A DNA stretch of 64,000 nucleotides, taken from the NCBI RefSeq assembly GCF_009914755.1, contig NC_060936.1, one strand, 5' to 3'. A program made the position numbers and the translations under genes. This DNA comes from the human T2T-CHM13v2.0 reference genome, Homo sapiens. Below are positions 27,001-39,560 of the stretch, in pieces (the first letter of the stretch is position 1; every line of letters begins with the position of its first letter). The notes under the pieces were generated by a model that saw only the letters and a program-made list of their open reading frames with translations, was not told the origin of the DNA and did no database searches.

Positions 27001-27761
27001 AGAGACCCCTGGCATCTAATCATGTGTCAAGGGCCCCAAATCTCATTGTAGGCGATAGTGAGTGTTAAGTTTCTTCCCCACCAAATTTTTCCTACACCTC
27101 GTAATAGGGGGAAAATGGTTTGAATCTTTCCCTTCCCTCAAATTTCTTCCTTATGCTGTTTATAAAATGATCAAACATTAGGCAACTGAGCAGAATAATT
27201 AAAAAACTAAATAATTAATCCCTGATTAATGGTAGTTAAGTGTACAAAAAAAGGGAAATAAAAGGTAAGGTTGGCCCACAAATGCCTGCCCTCTCTACCA
27301 CATTTGACATGACTAAACCCCTTTCCTTTCTTAAAATGGTTATTTCTTTTGGCTTTAATAACACGTGCACCTATACAGCTGACCACCACAATCCTCCTTC
27401 CCTGTCTCCACCAGGCCTGTGTCCTTCACTGAACACTGTGGCTCCTCCTGCCCTGGAACTATAGCTGATGTTCAAGGCTCAGTCCATAGCTCACTTTTTT
27501 CTAGATACTCTTCTCCTGAGACAACTCAGCTTTTCTCAGCTGGGCCACTGACAGTTGTATCCACTCTATGCTGATAAATTTTAAATCTGTAATTCCACGT
27601 TCCAGACTGCATAGCTGTAGGCACTACAAGACATCCTCACTAATGTGTCCAGCCCTCAGTTCAGAATTTGATGCAGCTTCTGTGAAAAGCAAGTTCCCAC
27701 TCCAACTTCTCAGTTTCCACCAATCTATCATCATCCCTTCAATCTTAAAATCCAAAAGCCA

Positions 27762-28126
<365 letters not shown>

Positions 28127-29299
28127 CTAAAGAAGTGTCCTTCAAAATTATCTTGCAATCCCAATGGCCACCAAAATTCTGGCCCTCATCACCTCACATC
28201 TGGGGAATTTGAAAAAGGCCTGACTTGCCTCCCCATCTTGATTTACTCTTTCCCCATTCTCTCATATAGTAATAATGAGATTAATTTTCTTAAAATAACC
28301 ATTTATCATAACCATTTCATCAAGTGTTTTTTATGATTACCTTCCAGAGTAAAGTTAAATGACATTAATCTACCTTTCAGGGTTCTCCATGACCTATTGG
28401 TTAATAGTAACACTCATTCAGCCATGGGTAGAGATTCAAGAACTAACTAGGCTGTTTCATAGAGAAAGGATTTAAAACAAAAATACACTAATGGTGCCTA
28501 GTTGAACTCATTTACAGAATGAGAGCATATAAGAGCTAAAATTTAATGTAATGCAACCCTTTACTATTGCATGTTCATTACCACACTTTTTTTTTTTTTG
28601 GATGAGAAAACAGAGCTGGAGAAAATAAATGACTTAATTAAGATCACATATTTCCATGCCAACTCCCAATATGGTACCTTTCTGATGATAGCTTGTTGCC
28701 TTTCAAAAGAACAACTCTGTTCCACTTGTAAACACCACATTTATCTCCCATGACTTGTTCACAATTCCATTCAGGTCAAGTTGATTCCAATATAACCCTC
28801 ACATAAACATTCAGTGTCAAGTCCAAATCTTTGTTCATGCTATTATTCCCATTTGAAGAAACTCCTCCTTCCCTCGGGCCTCTGTATTCTACGTTCTTTG
28901 AAATCCAGGTCAAGTGTCACTCCAACCCCTCCAAGATGTATCAAGGCTGTAACTTCAGCCGACCTAGACAATATCCCTCTACTATAGCATTTGAATTGTA
29001 CTATACCAATGTGAGACATGTAATCATATTATTTCATGTTTACTCAACATTTTTGTGTATGGGGACTTCACTTCTTGACTAAACTCAACTTCTTAAGTGA
29101 GCTGGATCATGTCTTTTCTATTGTGTTATCCTTCACAGTGAGTATAGCTCTTTGCAAAGTAGGTACTTTACCGTTTGTTGAAAATATAAAGAATCTAAAA
29201 ATAGAATCTGAAACAAAATCTTCAATAGGTAATCCAAGAGCCCAGAGAAAATCAAGTCCATAGACAAATCAAGCTTAATTTCACAATTAGCTTAAGTTA

Positions 29300-29670
29300 A
29301 TTCACTCATTTGACAAGTATATAATGAGTGCCTGCACTGAGCTCATTAAAGTGCTAAGCATTAAACTGCAATGGTGAGTGAAACAGACACATCCCTGCCA
29401 ACGTGGAGCTAACAGTCTAGTTAGAGGAACACACACATATATTAAAAGTTTAACCAGGACTCTAGAGAACATGAAAAGAAGTGAACAGATTTGGGATACA
29501 TGATTAAAGGAAAGGAGTGAGGGCCAGGAAAGAATAAAAAATAACTTGTGAATTTCTGGTACGTGCAACAGGAAGGATAACCATGCCATTCCCCTGAGTT
29601 GGAGAAAACCAGTGGAGGACAAGGTTTATGGGGGTATATCAGGAAAACTCAACCTTGGGCATGCTGAACA
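29300..29670 (-). mobile_element. L2 fragments
   Basis: ttcactcatttgacaagtatataatgagtgcc...catccctgccaacgtggagctaacagtctag. Confidence 0.7.
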
Positions 29671-30229
29671 ATTCCATTAGCAGAACCTATTAGGTAAAAG
29701 AAGTTGACCCAAAATGGTTTCAAGTTTTTTTTTTTTTTTGACCTTTACCCTATTCATTGTCATAAACACCCTATACTTCCCCAAAAGTAAAAGCTCTACC
29801 AAGTAGGCCTGAGAAGAGGAAAGCAGAATCAAGGACTCAGACAGCCCAGAATTGGGTAATTAAACTAACTGGGTAGGTTAGGGTTCACTGAGGCAAGGAG
29901 AATATAAAATAAATCTTTTCAATCAAAGAAAATAAAATCTGGCCTATTTATTTCTCTTTATCAAGTGAATCAAAAGCTTGGCTAAATGAAAACCTAAAAC
30001 CAATCTAAAAGAGGATGGCTCCTGGTGTTGTATACATCCATGCAAGAGGTAGGCTTGCGTAGAGGCTCTTAATCTTCACTCCCCCTCTGAGACATTGTTG
30101 GCTGCTGTATAATATTGTGGTATAAATGAGGCCAGCGTTCTGGATTAAAATCTCTTCAAGCCTCTTCATTGATCACAGGGTTGGAAAGAAACATAGAAGT
30201 TCAATACCTCATATAATCAAAAAATCAAA

Positions 30230-30440
30230 AAACTTTGGAATCAGAAGGAACGTAGGGCTCACGTCTTCTAAATTCTTTCTTTCCAAGTAAGCATCTCTTG
30301 TAAGACATTATTTTACAGAGAAGAAAACCAATCAAAGTCTGAAAAGGTAAAATGACTTGCCTGCCTAAGGTAACACAGCAAATTAGTGACAAAGCTGGGA
30401 AAAGAACCATGCTCTCTTGCTTCTTGCCACTATACCATAC
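30230..30440 (-). mobile_element. MIR/MIR3
   Basis: attttacagagaagaaaacc...aaatgacttgcctgcctaaggtaacacagcaaattagtgacaaagctggga. Confidence 0.7.
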
Positions 30441-31039
30441 AGTCTGGAGGGAAAAGAGAAGGGTCTGCCTAGAGAACAGTTCCTTTCGGAAAGTAATTTG
30501 AGATCAAGTTGATGATATCTAGGGATGATAATTTCCATTCTAAGTTTCAATTTGCTAAATGAAGCCCCCATAGGTACTTAATCACATGAGTAAAATGACC
30601 GAAATGATACTTGAAAAATACAAAATTCATAGTAGATGATTTTGTGATATTCAAGATATGGGAAATAGAGCAGCTTGTTATAGAAATCTAGGCACAAGCT
30701 AATGAGGATAGTGACTCTGCAGGTGGCAAGAAAGGATGACTTAACTTAGGGGCACTGTGCAGGGTGATGGGCGTCTGACTGATGCAGATATAAAAGGAAT
30801 AAAGAGCAGTGAGGAATCCCTTCCAAGTACGTTACTGATTATAAAGCCCGAGACCATGGGAACGCTTTATGTGCACATAGCAAATGCTGAAAACTAGTTC
30901 AAAGCCTAACTGCTTCTGCCAATGAATCCAAAGAGTCATTTTCACACATGAAGATGGCATATTTAATCTTTAAAAATAATAATCAGGTTTTGTACTCCAC
31001 GTGCACAAACCCCACCTTTTATTTCTTTATGGATTCATT

Positions 31040-31580
31040 CACATTTTCATTCAATAGAAAATGTTTGTGTCTACTGTGCCATGAATCCTAGGGTGGATAC
31101 CATAATGAATTTTTAATGTGAACTGTTTGCACATCTATGTGCTATGCCATAGGTATGAACAAAGGGCTATGGGAGCACAAAGAGAGGAATGACTAATTCT
31201 GCCTGGAATCGTCAGAGAAGGCTTCAGAGAGGAGGCAACACTTGAGTCAGATCTTAAAGGACACCTATGTCCTTCCAGGGAAATTGAAAGAGAGGAGCAT
31301 CACAAGGAACAGCCTATGCAAATGCATGAAGGGGTAAAAGACTGCCATACTAAGAGAGTGGCCAGTAATGTTATTTGATGTTGTGAGATCACAAGCAGTG
31401 TATGTTGGCATAAGGTGGGGAGTTGGAGGAGAGGGTAGTTAAATAAGATAAGCCCAATTATGAAGGTTAAGGCCGGATATTCAAAGGTCTTTTATGGCTT
31501 GCCAAGAAATGTGGACCACATCCAGTGGATAAAATAAGTCATCAGAGATTTGTGAGGAAATTAGGTTTCTGCTCTAGATA
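31040..31580 (-). mobile_element. L2 fragment
   Basis: ctatgggagcacaaagagagg...tcagagaaggcttcagagaggaggcaacacttgagtcagatcttaaagga. Confidence 0.7.
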
Positions 31581-33168
31581 TCCAATTCTTTATTATTTGC
31601 AGCACACAGAAATCTTATTTGAGCCAATAAAACATGGTTACAACTTCTTTCTCATACCCAACTTGATTTGAGAAAGACTACTATAGACACTTTGAAGTCT
31701 TCAATGATAATGTTTCCATCTAAAAAAGTGCAGACATGAAGGTGATAGGTTTTTTATCATCCAATGCGATGACTAGACATCAGCTTCCTGGAAGATGCTT
31801 GTTGGGGTCTTTGTCATGCCTTTGAAATTGATGTCTGGTCAAGCCTTGGGTCTCATTCCTTTGTGAAGGAAAGCATACTGTATTTGAGAAATTTTAAGCA
31901 TATACTCCTACAAGGAGTCAACCTCCTTTTCCCTGAATTAAATTCATAAAAGCAGGGTTTTCATTGTCTCATGGCATAATGCTGCTATGTTAAGGCAGAC
32001 TGCTCTCCTGTCATGATGCTGCTGCTTTTTCAGCAGAATCTCAATAGTATCAGAATGGGCCAATGCAATGCATGCTGGCCCAACAGGGCTCTGCTCAGGG
32101 GACTAAGCACCTGGGCATTACAGGATCACGCCCTAATCTTATTTATTTCTGAAATCCCTCCTTCTCATCAGATATATCCTGTTCCTTTATGTCTCCTGTC
32201 AATTTCTTATAGACATATTTCCCTGCTGCTTACCAATAACCAGAATGACTGATACGACAGCTGGGACAACCGAGTGTGGAGAAGTAGGATCCTTTCCCAG
32301 GGTTCGGAAGGAATGGAAGACAGGATTTTTTTTTTTTGGAAAAAAATAACCTCAATCTGAAGCACGTGTCACTGCCAGGGCTGACAGACATAGCATGTGT
32401 GTCCTTTACACGGGATTCACAAGATTTCCAAGGCTGAATTGAATGCTGGGCTTGCTTGCTTTTCCCACTTCTCACTTTTACCTTTGCAATAGAAATAGAA
32501 AAAGAAACATTTCTCAGTTTCCTTGACACTGAGAAACATGAACTATCATCTCCCATAGAAAAGCGGGGGGCGGGGGGTGGCGGGAATAAACAGGTGGCCA
32601 CTGAACTCCTGGATGTACCCTCAGCTCCTCTGCTCCTCCAGGACAGCATATGGCATTTCTAGGTCACCCTTAAAGTATGGCAGCCAGTGCAGTCAGGCAC
32701 TCTGGGCAGATTAACTATGGTGCCTCTTCCTCTCCCTTTCTGGTTCTCAAGACAACACCAAATAGCCAGGATGAAATGAGGTTGACATCACTTCAGGCAA
32801 GATGGAAACAATGACAACCAAGGAAAGGAAACCCCTGTCAAGTGCAAGGAACATTAATAATGGACACAGACTCTTGCCCACTAAAATTCCCAGGTCTTAA
32901 ATTGTTTGAGGATGCAATGTAGTAGCTACATCTCATTTCACCCATCCTTAACCTCAAATGCAGAACTCAGTATTGCTTTGTGTGTCGGTGATATGAAATC
33001 CAGAAAAACGTCTATTTACTTTCAAATAAAAAAAAAGCCAGCTAAACACATAATCTCACTTACAATATCAGTCATTGTTCATATGGAAAACAAGGATTTA
33101 GCTGCCTACATAAGATATTTGCAATCAAACCTTGAGAAGCCAGGTCAATATTAGAACATGCAATATAT

Positions 33169-33486
<318 letters not shown>

Positions 33487-33635
33487 AGAACATGCAACAT
33501 ACAATATAATAAATTCCTTGTCAAGCCCAAAAGAGGAACATGCATTATGTGGCAATTAATAAATGCTTCTTAATAGTTATTAGTTCTTCCCTCATATTAC
33601 ACTTATGGGGAAGAGACTCCAGAAAGCTCATATAA

Positions 33636-33939
<304 letters not shown>

Positions 33940-35187
33940 GAAAGTTCATATAATATCTTAAATGTGAAATCTGAAGTTTGGCGAACAGGCACTCTAGATT
34001 GATTTCTTCCTGCTCATTCCACAAAACTCAAGTCCGATGACCTTAAGGACGTGATACAAAATGGTGTCTGTTCATCCAGGCACCTTTGTGATAAATGCTA
34101 GAGAGATAGGTGGATGAGTGGAAGAAAGGGATTGAAGCCAATGATAAAAATTACCTAATAATCTCCTACTTGTTAAGTGTACCTGGAGGTTCTGCCATGG
34201 TTCTTTTCTCAGAAATCATAAAGCACTTTAACAATAGTAATAAGCATTTCTTTCTCCTCTTCTTCTTATTCCTTTAGACAAACGTAAAGTTTCCAAGTGT
34301 TTAATCAGATAGATTACATTACCCTACCCATAATTCTGAAAAATTATGTTCTTTCTTAATACAGTTTCAAAGCTATACCTTGGCCTTGCTTGTCCACAGT
34401 AGACATTGCCAAGATTGGGCTCGGTCAGAACCACAAAAATGCCACACATTACACATCCACCTACAAACCCTTTCCATCTCAACTGGTTCCCCTGAAGGAG
34501 GACTCTCCCAGCCTCCAGGAGAAACACTGTAAGATAAAGACAACCCACCATTTCTTTTCTTACCTTGGCACTTACCCTGTGTCTTATTCTAAACACTGCT
34601 TTTCCTTTTATCTGCAGTACTTCAGAAAGCCATTTCATTAAATATAATAACAGTGTAGTAATACAAAGAACATCACTTTCTAGTGCTAATAACTTTCATT
34701 TTTAAAACCACTTGTGTACTCCAAAATTTAGCAAAGCATCAATTTCTCATCAAGGCCAGCCGACACATCAAATTTGAAACTTCAAAGTTCTGTTTCTTTT
34801 GGGTTTATAATCTATGTACAGAGGAATTGAAATGCTGTTTAAAGTCAAATTTGTTTTGATGCTCATGTTGCCAGTTTTACTGATGAAAACTCATCCCTCT
34901 GCATAAAATAGACTCATGAAGTACCAGCAACAGGAACAGAAACCAAATTAGGAAATCATGACCACCTGCAAGAGGATCACCATGATGAAATGTTCATATC
35001 CTGTACCCTTTCCAAATTTTGAAGTTCATAGCACCAGTGGAAACCACAATTTTCAGACTAGTCAGGAAAGAATGAAAGGAAGGAATTCTTTCAAGAGCAC
35101 CAAGTTCAAATGCATGTGAATGCTATCATTGCATTTTACCCTATTCTGATAACCGAGGTAAAAAAAAAATGACAGGAGACTGGAGAA

Positions 35188-35379
35188 CAGTGATTTACAA
35201 CTCCTGGCTGCCCTTAGGAATCAACCTGGATGCTTTTAATACACGTCTGTTCCCGGGCCCTTACCCTCTTCCAGTGCAGCTACATCAGAATGTGTGCTGG
35301 GTGGGGCCTTGGGGTCTGTATACAGTTTCTTAAAGCTTCTCAGGAAATTTTAACATGCAGTCATGACTGAGAAGCACTG
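35188..35379. mobile_element. MER5A-like hAT-Charlie DNA transposon
   Basis: cagtgatttacaactcctggctgc...gaatcaacctgg...tcagaat...ggtggggcc...catgcagtcatgactgagaagcactg, with degenerate TIRs. Confidence 0.7.
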
Positions 35380-35525
35380 ACACAAGGAACTCAAAACACA
35401 GAAAAATGAAAACATGGTGAAGACAGCACGGGAGGAAGTCAGCACATCAATACATCCCTGAGGCTGTTGAGTCAGTATCAGTTGATACACTTTAGAAGAC
35501 TCTTGTATCTGAAAAAGAAAAATGT

Positions 35526-35803
35526 GGCTAGGTGTGGTGGCTCACGCCTGTAATCCCAGCACTTTGGGAGGCCAAGACAGGCAGATCACCTGAGGTCAGG
35601 AGTTCGAGACCAGCCTAACCAACATGGAAAAACCCTGTCTCTACTAAAAATACAAAATTAGTCGGGCATGGTGGTGCATGCTACCCAGCTACTTGGGAGG
35701 CTGAGGCAGGAGAATCGCTGAACCTAGGAGGCGGAGGTTGTGGTGAGCTGAGATTGCACCATTGCACTCCAGCCTGGGCAACAAGAGTGAAACTCCGTCT
35801 CAA

Positions 35804-35834
<31 letters not shown>

Positions 35835-35845
35835 GAAAAAAAAAA
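35526..35845 (+). mobile_element. AluSp-like
   Basis: cagcctaaccaacatggaaaaaccc, tacaaaattag, gggcaacaagagtgaaactccgtctc, long A tail. Confidence 0.95.
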
Positions 35846-36146
35846 GCTAACTTCTGATGATCCTAACCAACCTATTTTACTGGGATTACTTTATTCATCA
35901 TTACTGCCTCTACCACATAGCTTCCCTGCCACTGCTCTCTACTGTTCACCAAATGTTTGGGGTAATGCTGGTCTCTCCTGGCCAGAGAGATGGTGAATAC
36001 CTGGGCTGTTCCGCACACTTCTGAGCACTCAGTAGGTACTCCCCGGTGTAATACTTGTGGCTGATGAGAAAGATTCTGAAAAAAAATAGCTGATTGCATG
36101 GAGAATGGTTCTAAACACACAAGTGTCCAACTTGGCTAAGGTGGTT

Positions 36147-36181
36147 AATTTTGGAACTGGGCTGAATTTGGAACTGGGCTG
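36147..36181. repeat. 17-18 bp tandem duplication aatt(t)tggaactgggctg
   Basis: Read directly. Confidence 0.9.
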
Positions 36182-37460
36182 GGGAAGGAAGCGCATCCCT
36201 AAGGATTGAGCCACTAGAGGCCGCTCTGAGCCAGATTCTCACTAAATCATGCTATGAAGAGGAATCACATCAAAGGGAAAAGGAACGCTGCTGAGTAGCA
36301 CCGGGCGTCATGGCAACACCATGGTTCCTATTTTTAAACTTAGTGAGTGAGCCCACAAAGTGTGGGTGTATGCACGTGGGGGAAGGGGACTCTGGTCTAT
36401 TCCTAAAGAATATTCTTTCATGAAGTTTTGAGTTTGCAGGTGGCCAATAAACTGAGACAATGAGATTAGAGAATCAAACTAGAATCAGCTATATTGGAAT
36501 GGTTCCTTTCTCCTGAACTCCACTCTCTTAGTCTCTATCAGAAAGGATCCTCCATGGCCTTGGATCAGAGGTACCAGGAAATTCGTGATGGTTTTCACTA
36601 ACATTCTGAAATTCTTCGTTCCTGAAGCTCATTCTGCTAGTCTTTTAGGCAATTCACTTTATATTTCAAGAAAAATAAGTCTAAACAGCAAACTAAAAGC
36701 ATCTGTGGACACTCCACTCCTTGTGAAGACAATCAGATGAATGCTATGTATTGTCCGTATTCCCGGCATCCGGCACAGGGTTCAGTACATACAGAATAGG
36801 GGGTCCACATTCCTACTGGATGTGTCACTCAGTGAATTAAGAATGAATGTAATTTTGTGAAGTGCAGAAAAGTGGGCCCCACATGTCCCGTTTCTTTCAT
36901 TTCTAATAGCATTTTCTTTTTTTTTTTTTTTAACTTTTCTCCAATCTCCAGCTGAATACAAGGCTTAAACAAATCCAAATTTATCTGACCTGTCAAAAAT
37001 GAATAGTGGTACTGGAGGACATTTGTAAATCATGGCAGAGGCCAAGGTCTTGTTTTGTTCTATTGCATGTCCCTGACAGTATTTTCAATGCATCTGTAAT
37101 CTCCCTGAACCTTGGCAGGTTGTAGACCAGAAAGTCTCCACCCGCTTCAGTTCCAAGGATTTTTCAGGTATGCAAAGACTACAAGTTGTTGTTTTTTCCT
37201 CTATGGGTTAAAGGATTTGGGAATAGGATAAGAAAAAATAATCCTCCTTCCCATTAGGAAAAGGGAGGTATCAGCAAGATCAGAGCAAGACCAGCAAGTA
37301 GAGATGGGCACACTTCAGGACAGAGAGTGAGATGAGCAGGTTCAGTGTGGGAAGTCTTTACCATGTGTGTCCTGGATGCCACTCCCAGGCTGATTCTAGA
37401 TGTGTCATGGTCTAGTCTTTAGGGCAAGAAATAGCAGAGAATCCAAGAAAGTAAACTATT

Positions 37461-37753
37461 TATTTATTTTATTTTATTTTATTGCGATGGAGTCTCACTC
37501 TGTGAGTGCAGTGGTGTGATCTCAGCTCACTGCAACCTCCACCTCCCGGGTTCAAGCAATTCTCTGCCTCAGCCTCCCAAGTAGCTGGGATTACAGGCAT
37601 CCGCCACCACGCCCGGCTAATTTTTTTGTATTTTTAGTAGAGACAGGGTTTCACTATCTTGCCCAGGCTGTTCTTGAACTCCTGACCTCATGATCCACCC
37701 ACCTTGGCCTCCCAAAGTGCTGGGATTACAGGCGTGAGCCACCGCGCCCAGAC
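37461..37753 (-). mobile_element. AluS (Sg/Sx3-like) with a small internal deletion
   Basis: Antisense Alu with a (TTTTA)n tail and degenerate TSD ag(t/g)aaact(a/c)tttatt. Confidence 0.93.
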
Positions 37754-37964
37754 AGGAAACTCTTTATTACCAAACCTCCCTGTCCCACAGGTTAATGATA
37801 TGTTTATATACATGTGAGTCATTCCTAATTCACTCAACCTCTTTAGCAAAGGACATAGAAAGATGGATAACCTGGGGCAAAGTACACCTGGAATTCATAA
37901 AAATTTGAGTTTGAAACACAAAGTAAGCAAAAGTCTTAATCTTTCTGGATCTCAGGGGGTTTGG

Positions 37965-38270
37965 GGTTTTTTGTTGTTGCTTTCGTTTTATTTTTTTGAG
38001 ACAGGGTCTTGCTCTTTCACCCAGGCTGGAGTGCAGTGGCATGATCATGGCTCACTGCAGCCTCTATCTTCCTGGGCCCAAGTGATTCTCACCTAAGCTT
38101 CCCAGGTTGCTGGGACTACAGGTGCATGCCACCATGCCTGGCTAATTTAATATTTCTGTATTTTATAAAGACGGGGTTTTTGCCATGTTGCCCAAGCTGG
38201 TCTCAAGTGATCTACCTGCCTCAGCCTCCCAAAATGCTGAAATTACAGGTGTGAGCCACCTCACTCAGGC
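37965..38270 (-). mobile_element. AluJ inserted in a MIR
   Basis: gagacagggtcttgctct, gatcatggctcactgcagcctc; atctcag on both flanks. Confidence 0.9.
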
Positions 38271-38859
38271 AATCTCAGTTTATCTAAAAATTGGAGGCAA
38301 TCATATCCCTGTACAATACTTTTAAACTTAAATTATGCTATATAAAGCCCTTGGCACATAGTATTCACTCAATAATCTTTTTTAAAAATAAATTTTCTAA
38401 ATTGCTGAAGCTTAGTATTTTAAAGTACAGGCTTTTTCTTGATTATAGGAAGCATTTTAATGGAAAATTTCAGAAAGGCATTACAGAGTTCTCTGACTTT
38501 TTATACCTAAGATAATCGATATAATTTAAGCTCTTATTGATGACTTAACAATGACTATGCTTTTTTGCTATACAGGGATTTTTATGCAGGGTATATGCTT
38601 TCTGGGGCGTAGATGACATTTCTCCCCAAATGGTGTTATACAACTCTGCTTTTCAAGGTTTTCTGCTGGGTTTTTCTAATATCTTCCACTCTTTTCCATT
38701 CTGTTATTTATTAATGCTGTTGGTTTGCCTATCTGATCCTCATCATCATGTCTGTTATACCTAAGCTATTGTTATCTAGGAAATCATATAAACAAATATC
38801 TCAAAGTTGTCTACCAAAGATATGGCCTTGGCCCTCTCTCACTAGTTAACAGAACTTTG

Positions 38860-39154
38860 TTTTTTTGTTTTTGAGACAGAGTCTCGCCCTGTTGCCGAGG
38901 CTGGAGTACAGTGGCATGATCTCGGCTCACTGAAACCTCCACCTCCCAGGTTCAAGTGATTCTCTTACCCCAGCCTCTCAAGTAGCTAGGATTACAGATG
39001 TACACCACCACACCTGGTTAATTTTTGTATTTTTAGTAGAGATGGAGTTTCACCATGTTGGCCAGGCTGGTCTCAACCCCCTGACCTCCGGTAATCTGCC
39101 TGCCTCGGCCTCCCAAAGTGCTGGGATTATAGGCATGAGCCACTGTGCCCGGCT
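38860..39154 (-). mobile_element. AluSx-like
   Basis: Antisense Alu; TSD agaactttg at 38851 and 39156. Confidence 0.95.
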
Positions 39155-39155
39155 T

Positions 39156-39560
39156 AGAACTTTGATTTTTAACTGGGCACATTACTGCCCAGGTTAAAAA
39201 CTAAACTAAGCTATATTTCCCAATTTTGCTTGTTGCTAGTGTGGCCATTGACTGATTTCCAACCAGCAGACTATAAGCAAAGTGTGGAACTTCAGGGGAA
39301 TTTCCTAAACAGGGAAATGATTTACCTTCCTTCCTTTCTAACTTCAATCTGCTGCTTGAAACTGGAGTTCCAGCAGCCATCTTAGGCATGGGGATGAAGG
39401 ATATACCCAGTGGATGAAAGAGTGGAAAGCTAGCAGGCATCTGAGTCCTGATGACATGCAGCTGTCATCCCAGCTCTGGACAGACCACCTAACTATGCTC
39501 ACATATCTCATTTAAACTGGGTTACTGGGACTCCACACCATAGATAACCCAACTGCCCAC
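39156..39560. mobile_element. MLT1 (J/K-like) MaLR LTR
   Basis: tatatttcccaattttgcttgttgctagtgtggccat...ctggagttccagcagccatcttagg...ctgagtcctgatgacat. Confidence 0.7.
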
